Shown: positions 8,668 to 17,788, counted from the first letter of the stretch. The stretch: 32,000 nt of DNA from Pandoraea vervacti (GCF_000934605.2 NZ_CP010897.2:3734815-3766814); one strand, 5' to 3'. Program-made: numbers and translations. The notes: generated by a model not told the origin, from the sequence alone.

Positions 8668-9969
8668 ATGACACATGCCTCGACACCGGTGCGCCCCACA
8701 GCGAGCGCACCGCACGAACCTTCCGCCCCGGTGAACCCGGCGCGACAACCGGATCGGCCTGCGCCCGCGCCTGCCCCGCAACGGCGGGCCGACCTGATTC
8801 GCGACGATGCACACGCGCTCGACGTCGCAAACGCGTTCGCCCGCGATCTGGCGCCCGGCGCGCGGCAACGCGATCACGACCGCCGTCTTCCGTGGCGCGA
8901 AGTGGACCGATTCAGCCAATCCGGCTTGTGGGGCATCACAGTCCCAAAGGCCTACGGCGGCGCCGAGGTCAGCACCGATACGCTCACCAAAGTGGTGAGC
9001 GTCATCGCCGCCGCTGACGGCAGCTTCGGGCACATTCCGCAAAACCACTACTACTCGCTCGAAGTGCTACGCGTTGGCGGCACCGACGAGCAAAAGACGT
9101 TCTTCTACGACCGGGTGTTGCGCGGCGAGCGTCTGGGCAACGCGCTGGCCGAAGTGGGTCAGCGTGACTTCAAGCGTCGTACGGAACTGCGACGCGAGGC
9201 GGGCGGCTGGTTCGTGCAAGGCGCGAAGTTCTATTGCACCGGCGCTGTGTACGCGCACTGGATTCCCACGCTTGCCGTCGCGCAGGAAGATGCGGCCCAG
9301 CGCGCCTATCTGGTGTTCATCCCCCGCAGCGCGCCGGGCGTGACCGTGACCGACGACTGGGACGGTTTCGGGCAGCGTGTGACCGGCAGCGGTTCGGTAC
9401 AGTTCGAGCACGTTCGTGTCGAACCGGAATGGATCGTACCCTTCACCGCATCGTTCGAGCGCGCGACCACGATCGGCCCGTTCGCCCAGATCATTCATGC
9501 CGCGCTCGACGCCGGCATCGGTCATGGCGCCTTGCAGGCCACGCTGCCGTTTGTCCGCGAGCATGCCCGGCCTTGGATCGACTCGGGCGTGCAGCGCGCG
9601 GCCGACGATCCGCTGCTGCTCGAACAGATCGGCAACGTTGCCCTGCGCCTGCGCGCCGCCGACGCGCTCATCGCCCGCGCCGCACGTGCCGTCGACGCGG
9701 CGCAACGCGCACCGGACGACGACAGTGTGGCCGCCGCGTCGATTGCCGTGGCGCAGGCCAAAGCCCTCAGCACCAGCGCCAGTCTGCTCGCCGGCACCAA
9801 ACTGTTCGAGCTCTGCGGCACCAGCGCAACATCGGTGGCGCTCGGTCTCGATCGCTTCTGGCGCAATGCCCGCACCCATACGCTGCACGATCCGGTGCGC
9901 TGGAAGTATCACGCAGTGGGCAACTATGTCCTCAACGGCGTGCGTCCGCCGCGCCACGGCGCGATCTGA
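8668..9969 (+). CDS. SfnB-family sulfur-acquisition oxidoreductase, tandem paralog
   Basis: Same motif set as the upstream gene (RRLPWREVDRFSQSGLWGITVPKAYGG, GHIPQNHY, DDWDGFGQRVTGSGSV, LDRFWRNARTHTLHDPVRWKYHAVGNYVLNG). The start was taken at ATG 8668. The track ORF 8239.. extends over the upstream gene. In-frame GTG 8629 is an alternative start. Confidence 0.87.
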   Translation: MTHASTPVRPTASAPHEPSAPVNPARQPDRPAPAPAPQRRADLIRDDAHALDVANAFARDLAPGARQRDHDRRLPWREVDRFSQSGLWGITVPKAYGGAEVSTDTLTKVVSVIAAADGSFGHIPQNHYYSLEVLRVGGTDEQKTFFYDRVLRGERLGNALAEVGQRDFKRRTELRREAGGWFVQGAKFYCTGAVYAHWIPTLAVAQEDAAQRAYLVFIPRSAPGVTVTDDWDGFGQRVTGSGSVQFEHVRVEPEWIVPFTASFERATTIGPFAQIIHAALDAGIGHGALQATLPFVREHARPWIDSGVQRAADDPLLLEQIGNVALRLRAADALIARAARAVDAAQRAPDDDSVAAASIAVAQAKALSTSASLLAGTKLFELCGTSATSVALGLDRFWRNARTHTLHDPVRWKYHAVGNYVLNGVRPPRHGAI

Positions 9970-9985
9970 CGCCAGGAATCCCGTC

Positions 9986-11437
9986 ATGACCCAAGCCAAG
10001 CGACACATTCACGTCAACGCGTTCAACATGAACTGCGTCGGCCACATTCACCACGGCCTGTGGACGCACCCGCGCGACCAGTCGACGCAATACCACTCCC
10101 TCCAGTACTGGACCCACATCGCACAAGTGCTTGAGCGCGGGTTGTTCGACGGCCTCTTCATTGCCGACGTCATCGGTTACTACGACGTCTACCAGGGCAG
10201 CGTGGATCTGACGCTGCGCGAAGGCATCCAGTTGCCGGTCAACAATCCGTGGCTGATCGTCTCGGCCATGGCGGCGGCCACAAAGCACCTTGGCTTCGGC
10301 CTGACGGCGATGGTCGGTGCGCACAACCCGTACACCTTTGCGCGCGATGTCACCACGCTCGACCAGCTCACCGGCGGGCGCATCGGCTGGAACATCGTCA
10401 CGGGGTACGTGGATAGCGGCGCGCGCGGTCTGGGCCAGAACGGGCTGGCCGAGCACGACAGTCGCTACGACCGCGCCGAGGACTTTCTCGAACTCAGCTA
10501 CAAGCTGTGGGAAGGGAGCTGGGACGACGACGCCGTCATCGCCGACAAGGCGCGGCGCATTCATACGCTGCCCGACAGGGTCCGTCCCGTGACACACGAC
10601 GGGCCGTTCTACCGCGCCCACGCCATCCACATGAGTGCGCCATCGCCGCAGCGAACGCCGGTGCTGTTTCAGGCGGGCACTTCGTCGCGCGGGCTGCGCT
10701 TTGCGGGACGCCACGCCGAAGGCGTCTTCATTGGCGCGAACTCGCCGGAAGCCGCACGTGCGGCATCGCGCAAGCTGCGGCAGGCTGCCGTGGAGGCGGG
10801 TCGCCGCCCGGAGGATATCAAGATCTATGCCGGCATCGCCGTGGTGCCCGGGCGCACACAGGCCGAGGCCCGCGACAAGCATGCCGAATATCTGGCCCAT
10901 GCCAGTGCGGAGAGCGGCCTGGCGCACTTTGCGGCCAGCACCGGTGTCGACTTCGCCCGATTCGCGCTGGACGAGCCGATCCAGTTCGGCAACGCCAACG
11001 CCATCCAGTCCGCCACGCAGACCGCGCAGCAACAAGGCTGGACCACGCGTCGCAAATTGCTTGAGCAGTTTGCCCTGGGCAGCCGATATCACACCATCGT
11101 GGGCGACGCCTCTCAAGTCGCGGACGAACTGGAGCGGTGGATCGATATCGGCGAGATCGACGGCTTCAACCTCACGCGCGTCGTGGTGCCCGAGACGTGG
11201 GAAGACTTCACCGATCTCATCGTCCCCGAGCTGCAAAACCGTGGGCGCTACCGGACGCAGTACGGCGGCGCCTCCGGTTCTGAAACGTTCCGCCAGCGGC
11301 TCTTCGGTCGCGGCGACCGCCTGCCCGCACATCATGCAGGGGCGAGTTTCCGTCACGTGCCCGAGAGTGCGCAAGACACCTCTGGCCCCCATAGGGCGAG
11401 TAGTGCCAGTAGTGCCAGTAGTGCCCGAACTGCATGA
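9986..11437 (+). CDS. LLM-class FMNH2-dependent monooxygenase, NtaA/SnaA/DszA family
   Basis: ATG 9986 lies 7 nt after AGGAA. The N-terminus HIHVNAFNMNCVGHIHHGLWTHPRD and the internal RIGWNIVTGY, DRYDRAEDFLE..KLWEGSWDDDA, and GFNL...ELQNRG are characteristic of this family. The track ORF 9416.. overlaps the upstream gene. Confidence 0.9.
   Translation: MTQAKRHIHVNAFNMNCVGHIHHGLWTHPRDQSTQYHSLQYWTHIAQVLERGLFDGLFIADVIGYYDVYQGSVDLTLREGIQLPVNNPWLIVSAMAAATKHLGFGLTAMVGAHNPYTFARDVTTLDQLTGGRIGWNIVTGYVDSGARGLGQNGLAEHDSRYDRAEDFLELSYKLWEGSWDDDAVIADKARRIHTLPDRVRPVTHDGPFYRAHAIHMSAPSPQRTPVLFQAGTSSRGLRFAGRHAEGVFIGANSPEAARAASRKLRQAAVEAGRRPEDIKIYAGIAVVPGRTQAEARDKHAEYLAHASAESGLAHFAASTGVDFARFALDEPIQFGNANAIQSATQTAQQQGWTTRRKLLEQFALGSRYHTIVGDASQVADELERWIDIGEIDGFNLTRVVVPETWEDFTDLIVPELQNRGRYRTQYGGASGSETFRQRLFGRGDRLPAHHAGASFRHVPESAQDTSGPHRASSASSASSARTA
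11399..11425 (+). repeat. perfect 3 x 9-bp tandem repeat (AGTAGTGCC), in frame
   Basis: agtagtgcc agtagtgcc agtagtgcc encodes SSASSASSA four codons before the stop of the 9986..11437 CDS. Confidence 0.95.
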
Positions 11438-11515
11438 AGCGTGCGGAAATCGTCAGTCAACGTCCGTCCTGCGCCCCAACGCCCCAGCGCCGCTACCTCG
11501 CTCCCTACTCGTCCC

Positions 11516-12727
11516 ATGACATCGACGTCAGCCTCTTCCTCAGCGCCGCCCTCGCATCGCGGCGACGCATTGCAACGCGCTCAGACCCTGGCGACGCGCT
11601 TTGCCGAGACCGCCATCGCCCGCGACGCCGCCGGCGGCACGCCCAAGGCCGAGCGAGACGCATTGCGTCAAAGCGGCCTGCTCTCCCTTTCCATCCCGGC
11701 GGACTACGGCGGTCAGGGCGCCCAGTGGATTCAGACGCTGGAGACCGTGCGGATCCTGGCGCAGGCCGATAGCTCGGTCGCTCACGTCTACGGTTTTCAC
11801 CACCTGCTGCTCGCGACCGTCCAGCTTTTCTCGAAGCCCGAGCAGTGGGTGCCGTGGGTCGAACAAACCGCACGCAACCACTGGTTCTGGGGTAACGCCC
11901 TCAATCCGCTGGACGAGCGAACCGTCGTGCGCCGCATGCGCGATACGCAGGAATGGTTCGAGTTCTCCGGCAAGAAGAGTTTTTGTTCCGGGGCACTGGA
12001 CTCCGAAATGCTGATTGCCTCCGGCAAGGACGAGCGCAGCGGCAAGTTGCTCATCGCCGCCATACCGACGGCCCGCGCAGGGATCACGATCAACAGCGAC
12101 TGGAATTGCTTCGGTCAGCGCCAGACCGACAGCGGCAGCGCCCTGTTCGAACGCGTGCGGGTCGACGCCGCCGAGATGCTGCTCGACCCCGGGCCGCTGA
12201 CCACGCCGCGCGCGTCGCTGCGTCCGTTGCTCGCGCAACTGGTGTTCGTCCACATGTTCCTCGGGCTCGCGCAGGGTGCACTGGCCGAAGCGAAGCACTA
12301 CACCCTGCACGAAGCGCGGCCCTGGTTCCGCTCGGGCGTCGCAAACGCCAGCGACGATCCCTACACCCTCGCCCACTACGGCGAATTCCACGTCGCGCTG
12401 GAGAGTATGCGACTGCTGGCGCGGCAGGCGGCGACGCTATTCGACGAAGCATGGCAGCAAGGCGATTCGCTCGACGCCGACGGGCGCGGCCGTGTCGCGG
12501 TGGCCGTCGCCACGGCAAAGGTAGCCGCCTCGCGCCACGGCCTCGACGTCGCTAGCCGACTGTTCGAGACGACCGGCGCGCGCGCCACTCACGGCGCGTT
12601 GCGCCTCGATCGCTACTGGCGAAACCTGCGCGTGCAAACGCTGCACGATCCGGTGGATTACAAGCTTCAGGACATCGGGAACTGGGCGCTCAACGCTCAG
12701 GCGCCGGCCCCGTCCTTCTATTCCTGA
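11516..12727 (+). CDS. ACAD-fold flavin-dependent monooxygenase, DszC/MsuC(SfnC)-like
   Basis: ACAD-like with FAETAIARDAAGGTPKAERDALRQSGLLSLSIPADYGG, SDWNCFGQRQTDSGS, and LDRYWRNLRVQTLHDPVDYK. It sits directly upstream of sfnR and ssuD/msuD. The start is uncertain: ATG 11516 (403 aa) or GTG 11441 (428 aa). Confidence 0.83.
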   Translation: MTSTSASSSAPPSHRGDALQRAQTLATRFAETAIARDAAGGTPKAERDALRQSGLLSLSIPADYGGQGAQWIQTLETVRILAQADSSVAHVYGFHHLLLATVQLFSKPEQWVPWVEQTARNHWFWGNALNPLDERTVVRRMRDTQEWFEFSGKKSFCSGALDSEMLIASGKDERSGKLLIAAIPTARAGITINSDWNCFGQRQTDSGSALFERVRVDAAEMLLDPGPLTTPRASLRPLLAQLVFVHMFLGLAQGALAEAKHYTLHEARPWFRSGVANASDDPYTLAHYGEFHVALESMRLLARQAATLFDEAWQQGDSLDADGRGRVAVAVATAKVAASRHGLDVASRLFETTGARATHGALRLDRYWRNLRVQTLHDPVDYKLQDIGNWALNAQAPAPSFYS

Positions 12728-12737
12728 GGTCACGCGC

Positions 12738-13952
12738 ATGGCAACCCTGCCGGTATGGCCCCCGCTGCCCCAGCGCTCGCAACCCGCGGGCGCGGCGGAT
12801 CACGCATCCCGGGACAGCGCTGCCGACTGGATCTTCGTCGATCCGCGCTCGCGCGACCTGCTCATGGAAGTCGAGCAGGTCGCGCCCAGCGATGCGAGCA
12901 TTCTCATCACCGGCGAGACAGGGACCGGCAAGGAACTGATCGCCCGGCACATTCACGGTTCCAGCCCGCGCCGTGCCGGACCGTTCGTGAAGGTCAGTTG
13001 CGGAGCGTTCTCCGAGTCGCTCGTCGATGCCGAACTGTTCGGCTATGAAAACGGCGCGTTTGCCGGCGCGTTTGGCGCGCAGCCGGGCTGGTTCGAGCAG
13101 GCCAACGGCGGCACCATCTTTCTCGACGAGATCAACGACCTGCCGCTGTCGGTGCAGAACAAGCTCCTGCGCGTGTTGCAGGAGCGCGAAGTGAGCCGCC
13201 TGGGCGGGCGACAGTCGTTGCCGGTCGACGTGCGCGTGCTGGCCGCCGCCTCGACCGATCTCGAACGGCTCGTGAGCGAGAAACGCTTTCGCAAGGACCT
13301 GTATTACCGCCTGAACGTCATCAGCCTGAATGTGCTCACGCTCCGGGAGCGTCCGGGCGACATCGTGCCGCTCGCACGCTACTTCATTGACACCTACAGC
13401 AAGCGGCTGGGTTACCGGAAGCTCGCCCTCACGCCCGATGCCGAGCAAAAGCTGATACAGGCGCCATGGCATGGCAACGTGCGCGAACTGGAGAACGTCA
13501 TCCATCGCACGCTGCTGCTGTGCGAGCAAAGCGAGATCGACGCGGCGAGCCTTCGCCTGCCGGCAGCCCCTTCCGCCGCCGCGTCCGCCACCTCGTCCTC
13601 AGCCGCGTCGATTGCCCAGGCATCGCCAGCCACAGACCAGTACAACGTCGCCGCAAGCGGCTCGCGCCCCGCGCCGGACGAGGACATGGCGGCACTGCGT
13701 CGCGCCATCCTGCGGTTGTGCGAATCGCGGGGCGCGAATCTGCATCAGCTCGTGGAAGACACCCTGCTGCGCGAAGTCTTCCGCGTGAGTCACTACAGCC
13801 AGAGCGAAACCGCCCGCCTGCTGGGCATCAGCCGCAACGTGGTGCGCGCCCGCCTGATCCGTCTCGGCGAGATCGGCCCGCCACGCAAGACCGCGTGCGA
13901 TGCCCCCCACACCGACACACCTCTCGATATCGAAACGCGAAAACTGCAATGA
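12738..13952 (+). CDS. sfnR: sigma-54-dependent Fis-family transcriptional activator, SfnR-like (AAA+ plus C-terminal HTH, no N-terminal sensory domain)
   Basis: Walker A GETGTGKE ~60 aa from the N-terminus, Walker [10 protein letters not shown], an ENGAFAGA loop (variant of GAFTGA, 13053-13070), R-finger region [10 protein letters not shown], and a C-terminal Fis-type HTH ([18 protein letters not shown]). Confidence 0.85.
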   Translation: MATLPVWPPLPQRSQPAGAADHASRDSAADWIFVDPRSRDLLMEVEQVAPSDASILITGETGTGKELIARHIHGSSPRRAGPFVKVSCGAFSESLVDAELFGYENGAFAGAFGAQPGWFEQANGGTIFLDEINDLPLSVQNKLLRVLQEREVSRLGGRQSLPVDVRVLAAASTDLERLVSEKRFRKDLYYRLNVISLNVLTLRERPGDIVPLARYFIDTYSKRLGYRKLALTPDAEQKLIQAPWHGNVRELENVIHRTLLLCEQSEIDAASLRLPAAPSAAASATSSSAASIAQASPATDQYNVAASGSRPAPDEDMAALRRAILRLCESRGANLHQLVEDTLLREVFRVSHYSQSETARLLGISRNVVRARLIRLGEIGPPRKTACDAPHTDTPLDIETRKLQ

Positions 13953-15079
13953 ACCCCGACATCTTCTGGTTTCTGCCCACCTCGGGCGACACACGTTATC
14001 TCGGCAAGTCCGATTTCGGACGCCCTGCCACCAACGCCTACATGCGCCAGATCGCGGAAACGGCCGAGCGACTGGGTTTCGACGGCCTGCTCATTCCGAC
14101 CGGCAGTTCGTGTCTGGATCCGTGGGTGACGGCCGCCAGCCTGATTCCCGTCACGCAACGCATCAAGCTGCTCGTGGCGCTGCGCACGTCGCTGGGCAAC
14201 CCAACCGCATCGGCCCGGCAGGCGGCAACGCTGGACCAGGCGCTCGGTGCGGGGCGCCTGCTGCTCAATGTCGTGCCCGGGGGCGACGCGACCGAACTGG
14301 CGGCGGACGGCGTGTTCTATTCGCACGACGAACGCTACACGGCAGGTGACGAGTTTCTGAGCGTTTGGCGCCGTCTGCTGCAAGGCGAGAAAGTCGACTT
14401 CGAAGGCCAGCATCTGAAAGTGACCGGCGCGCAGAATTTCTTCGAACCGGCCACGCAGCCCCATCCCCCGCTGTACTTCGGTGGTTCGTCACCGGCGGCG
14501 CACGAATTGGCGGCCAGACATGTGGATGCGTATCTCAGTTGGGGAGAGCCGCCCGATGCCGTGGCCGCGAAGATCGCCGATGTTCGCGCGCGTGCGCAGC
14601 GGCATGGCCGCACGCTGCGCTTCGGCGTGCGGCTGCACGTCATCGTGCGTGAGACGAGCGACGAGGCGTGGGCGGATGCCGACCGTCTGATCAGTCATCT
14701 GACCGACGACGACATTGCGGCGGCGCAGCGCAATTACGCGGGCATGGACTCGGTGGGACAAGCGCGCATGGCGTCGCTGCATGGAGGACGCCGCGACAAA
14801 CTCGTCGTCGGCCCCAACCTTTGGGCGGGGGTGGGACTCGTTCGCGGCGGCGCGGGCACCGCGCTGGTCGGCAATGCCGAGGAGGTCGCCGCGCGCCTGA
14901 AGGAGTATGTCGACATCGGCGTCGACACTTTCGTGCTCTCGGGCTACCCGCATCTCGAAGAAGCGATCCGCTTCGCCGAACTGGTGTTCCCGCTACTACC
15001 GGGCAAGGCGCCCGTCACCCTGCGCGACCGCGCGCTGACCGGCGGCGCATTCGACGTGCGGGCAGGTCGCACGTCGTGA
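13949..15079 (+). CDS. ssuD: FMNH2-dependent alkanesulfonate/methanesulfonate monooxygenase (SsuD/MsuD type)
   Basis: The N-terminus [79 protein letters not shown] closely parallels SsuD. 376 aa. ATG 13949 overlaps the sfnR stop (ATGA). Context suggests MsuD-like function is equally possible. Confidence 0.9.
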   Translation: MNPDIFWFLPTSGDTRYLGKSDFGRPATNAYMRQIAETAERLGFDGLLIPTGSSCLDPWVTAASLIPVTQRIKLLVALRTSLGNPTASARQAATLDQALGAGRLLLNVVPGGDATELAADGVFYSHDERYTAGDEFLSVWRRLLQGEKVDFEGQHLKVTGAQNFFEPATQPHPPLYFGGSSPAAHELAARHVDAYLSWGEPPDAVAAKIADVRARAQRHGRTLRFGVRLHVIVRETSDEAWADADRLISHLTDDDIAAAQRNYAGMDSVGQARMASLHGGRRDKLVVGPNLWAGVGLVRGGAGTALVGNAEEVAARLKEYVDIGVDTFVLSGYPHLEEAIRFAELVFPLLPGKAPVTLRDRALTGGAFDVRAGRTS

Positions 15080-15107
15080 TTCGTGACATTGGCGTCGTTC
15101 CGCAATC

Positions 15108-15137
15108 CGCTTCGTCACGGCCTTGCCTGACGAAGCG
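15108..15137. other. perfect 10-bp stem-loop between convergent operons
   Basis: CGCTTCGTCA-(CGGCCTTGCC)-TGACGAAGCG. There is no U-tract on either strand, so this may be a GC-type terminator or RNA-stability element. Confidence 0.4.
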
Positions 15138-15174
15138 AAGCCAACGGGAGAACAGCGCAGTATCGAGTGGCGTC

Positions 15175-15196
15175 GCTAAGCCGTGGCTAAGCCGTC
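15175..15196. repeat. 2 x 11-bp tandem direct repeat (GCTAAGCCGTG / GCTAAGCCGTC), intergenic
   Basis: Read directly from the sequence. It lies between the ssuD stop and the rhodanese stop. Confidence 0.9.
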
Positions 15197-15219
15197 ACTA
15201 CCCTGTCAGTACCCTTACA

Positions 15220-16134
15220 CTACCCCGCCGTCACCTCAAGCTGCATCGGCAGCTCCGGTGCACTGCCCCATTCCCCGAGCGATGCGTCGTAAAGGCGCAC
15301 GTTCGGATGCGCGAGCTTCATGAGCGCAAAGACCACGAGACTCGCCGATACCCCGCCGCCGCAGTAAGCGATGACGGACGTCTCGTCGTCGATGCCGGCC
15401 GCCGCGAAGCGTGCGCGCAGCGTGTCGTCATCGAGAAAACGCCCGCTGTCGGCGTCGAGCAGGCTGGCGGCCGGAATATTGATGCTCCCGGGGATGTGGC
15501 CGGCCCGCCCCTTGCGCGGCAATTCCTCGCCGCTGTACTGCGCGGGACGAAGCGCGTTGATCAAGCGCGTCGCGGCGTCGCCATTCACGACACGTTCGAC
15601 GTCTTCGCGCTGCGCGACATAGGGCTGTATCGGCGCCGGCGTGAATTCGACGCCTGCTGCGTTTTCGGGGTCAGCGCCAGCGCCTGCCTCGACCGCACGC
15701 CCCTCGGCAATCCATCGCGACCACCCGCCGTCGAGCACGTGCGCGTTCGTGAATCCATACGTTCGCAGCATCCACCACACGCGCGTCGCCCACCAGATCG
15801 AGCCGGTGCTGTAGATCACGACCAGACTGTCGTTGCCGATACCCAGCGCCTCGACGGCAGCCTTGAAAGCCGCCGGCGGCGGCAGCATCAAATGGAACCG
15901 ATGGTGCCGGTCAGAGAGCTGCGCATCGATATCGATGAATCGGGCCCCCGGGATATGACCGGCCTCGAAAGCGGCGCGCTCCGGCTGCACACGCTGCTTG
16001 ATCACCGGATCGACCACCATGGTGGCGCTGCAATCGAACAGACGTAATTCCGGTCGGTGCAGATTTTCCGACAACCATTGTGTCGAGACCAGGAACCCCG
16101 GAACGATCCCGGCGGAAGAGGTGTCATGCGACAT
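15220..16134 (-). CDS. two-domain rhodanese sulfurtransferase (thiosulfate/3-mercaptopyruvate sulfurtransferase type)
   Basis: Tandem rhodanese domains (VSTQWLSENL...GHIPGA; GHIPGSINIP) and the catalytic loop YCGGGVSAS. GGAG RBS. Confidence 0.88.
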   Translation of the reverse strand: MSHDTSSAGIVPGFLVSTQWLSENLHRPELRLFDCSATMVVDPVIKQRVQPERAAFEAGHIPGARFIDIDAQLSDRHHRFHLMLPPPAAFKAAVEALGIGNDSLVVIYSTGSIWWATRVWWMLRTYGFTNAHVLDGGWSRWIAEGRAVEAGAGADPENAAGVEFTPAPIQPYVAQREDVERVVNGDAATRLINALRPAQYSGEELPRKGRAGHIPGSINIPAASLLDADSGRFLDDDTLRARFAAAGIDDETSVIAYCGGGVSASLVVFALMKLAHPNVRLYDASLGEWGSAPELPMQLEVTAG

Positions 16135-16167
16135 CGAAAACTCCAGTAGTGCAGCCCGCCCCGGCAG

Positions 16168-16986
16168 TCATGCCTCGGCCCAGGCTGCGAAGCGGCGCTG
16201 CACGCGGGCAATCGCTGCATCGGCCAGATAGCCGACGAGCATGGTGACCAGCACGTAGGCGTAGACCTGCGCCGACTGAAAATAGCGCTGCGCCTGCACG
16301 ATGGCTTCGCCCAATCCGCCGCCGGTGACCATTTCCGCGGTGAATACGGTAATCAGACCGATCGGCAAGGCAATGCGAACGCCGGAGAGCAATGCCGGCA
16401 CCGTCGCGGGCAAAATCACGTGGCGAAACAGCGCGTGCTTTCGGGTGCCCAGGGACTGCGCAGCCCATCGCAACTTCGGCGAGACCAGCGACGCGCCCGA
16501 CTCGGCGGCCACGATGAACGGGAACACGCACGTGGCGAACACGAGCGCGATCTTCGAAAGACTGTCCATGCCGAGCCAGACGGTAAACACCGGGATCAGT
16601 GCAATCTTGGGCAGCGGAAAACCGAACGCCACATAAGGCGAGAGCCACCAGCGGCAAACGCGAAATTCGGCCATGGCGAATCCGAGCGGAATGCCCACTA
16701 TGCCCGCCGCGACAACGCCTAGCACCGCGCGCAGCACGCTCGTGCCCAATGTCGACCACAGCTCACCCGAGATGACGAGATGCGCGAGTGTCGCGAACAC
16801 CACGCCCGGCGAGGGCAAAAATACCGCCCGAACCCACTCCTGGGCAGTGGCGAAATGCCACCCGGCGAGTACCGCGAGCAGCACCAGCCAGGGCTGCGAC
16901 AGACGCCATAGCCGACGCGCCATCGTGCGCGCGCTGCGCGATCCCGACGGGACGGCGACTTCCGTGAATTTCAGCGTATCAGCCAT
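16168..16986 (-). CDS. ABC transporter permease (NitT/TauT, SsuC-like family)
   Basis: Multi-pass membrane protein with the EAA-type loop AAQSLGTRKHALFRHVILPATVPALLSG. The start was taken at ATG 16986 (GAGGAC 6 nt upstream), an 8-nt overlap with the upstream permease gene. Confidence 0.87.
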   Translation of the reverse strand: MADTLKFTEVAVPSGSRSARTMARRLWRLSQPWLVLLAVLAGWHFATAQEWVRAVFLPSPGVVFATLAHLVISGELWSTLGTSVLRAVLGVVAAGIVGIPLGFAMAEFRVCRWWLSPYVAFGFPLPKIALIPVFTVWLGMDSLSKIALVFATCVFPFIVAAESGASLVSPKLRWAAQSLGTRKHALFRHVILPATVPALLSGVRIALPIGLITVFTAEMVTGGGLGEAIVQAQRYFQSAQVYAYVLVTMLVGYLADAAIARVQRRFAAWAEA

Positions 16987-17788
16987 GCCGCCGTCCTCGT
17001 TGTCCTCGTTGCCCCGATTCGTGCCAGCGCAACAGCGCACCGGTCGACCAGCGCAGCGACGCATCGAGCGCGTACGCGACTACCGTCGTCACGAACAGCG
17101 CCGCGAACAGATAGTCGTAGCTGCCCTGATCGCCGTACTGGCCGATCAACTTCCCGATGCCCTGATTCGCAACGATCATTTCGCACGAAATGGCGACCAG
17201 CAGCGTGAACCCCAAGGCGACGCGCACGCCCGTCAGGATCTGAGGCAACGCCGCAGGCAACACGACACGCCAAAGCAAGCCCGCCCGCGACGTGCCCAGC
17301 GAGCGCGCGCTCCATAGCAACACACGCGGCACTTCGCGTGCGCCACGCAGCGAGTAGACGATCAGCGGCAACGCTGCGGTAATCGCAATGACGATGACGT
17401 TGGTCGCGCCGCCCACGCCGAACCACAGCACCAGCAACGGAATCAGCGTCGTTTTCGGCAACGCATACGTGCAGCGCACCACGGGCGTGACAATGCGATC
17501 GAAGACGGGCAGCAACGCCATCGACAGGCCAAGCGGCACGCCCGTCAGAATGCCGGCGGCAAGTCCCCAGGCACTGGCGCGCAACGTCGTCATCAGGTTG
17601 CCCCCGATCTCGCCCGTGCGAACCAGATGCCTCGTCGCACGCCAGATGTCAGCGAGCGACGGGACAAAGCCGTCGGCCAGCCAGTGGGCCGACGCGGCAG
17701 CCTGCCAGGCGACGAACAACACAGCGACGGCCAGCAAACCGGTCACGGCGGGCAGGCAGCGTTGCCCGAGCGCAAGCGCGGCAGTCAT
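16979..17788 (-). CDS. ABC transporter permease (NitT/TauT, SsuC-like family)
   Basis: Membrane protein with the EAA-type loop ARSLGTSRAGLLWRVVLPAALPQILTG. Its ATG overlaps the ATPase stop (ATGA at 17788-17785). Confidence 0.88.
   Translation of the reverse strand: MTAALALGQRCLPAVTGLLAVAVLFVAWQAAASAHWLADGFVPSLADIWRATRHLVRTGEIGGNLMTTLRASAWGLAAGILTGVPLGLSMALLPVFDRIVTPVVRCTYALPKTTLIPLLVLWFGVGGATNVIVIAITAALPLIVYSLRGAREVPRVLLWSARSLGTSRAGLLWRVVLPAALPQILTGVRVALGFTLLVAISCEMIVANQGIGKLIGQYGDQGSYDYLFAALFVTTVVAYALDASLRWSTGALLRWHESGQRGQRGRRHG
16993..17010 (-). repeat. 2 x 9-bp tandem duplication (minus strand AACGAGGAC x2)
   Basis: gtcctcgtt gtcctcgtt on the plus strand. It encodes the QRGQRG C-terminal tail of permease 16979..17788 and duplicates the GAGGA Shine-Dalgarno of the next permease gene. 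Confidence 0.9.

Noticed and set aside
14668-16047. Large antisense ORFs (for example 14668..16047 +, 19724..21205 +, 18669..19751 +, 22253..23248 +, 28060..29145 +, 9932..11392 -, 9067..10008 -, 7883..8830 -, 11540..12391 -, 12690..13529 -, 4577..5584 -, 5886..6686 -, 30432..31394 -)
   Set aside because: Each lies opposite a gene with unambiguous family motifs. Stop-codon paucity in GC-rich DNA produces such shadows, and none shows recognisable domains.
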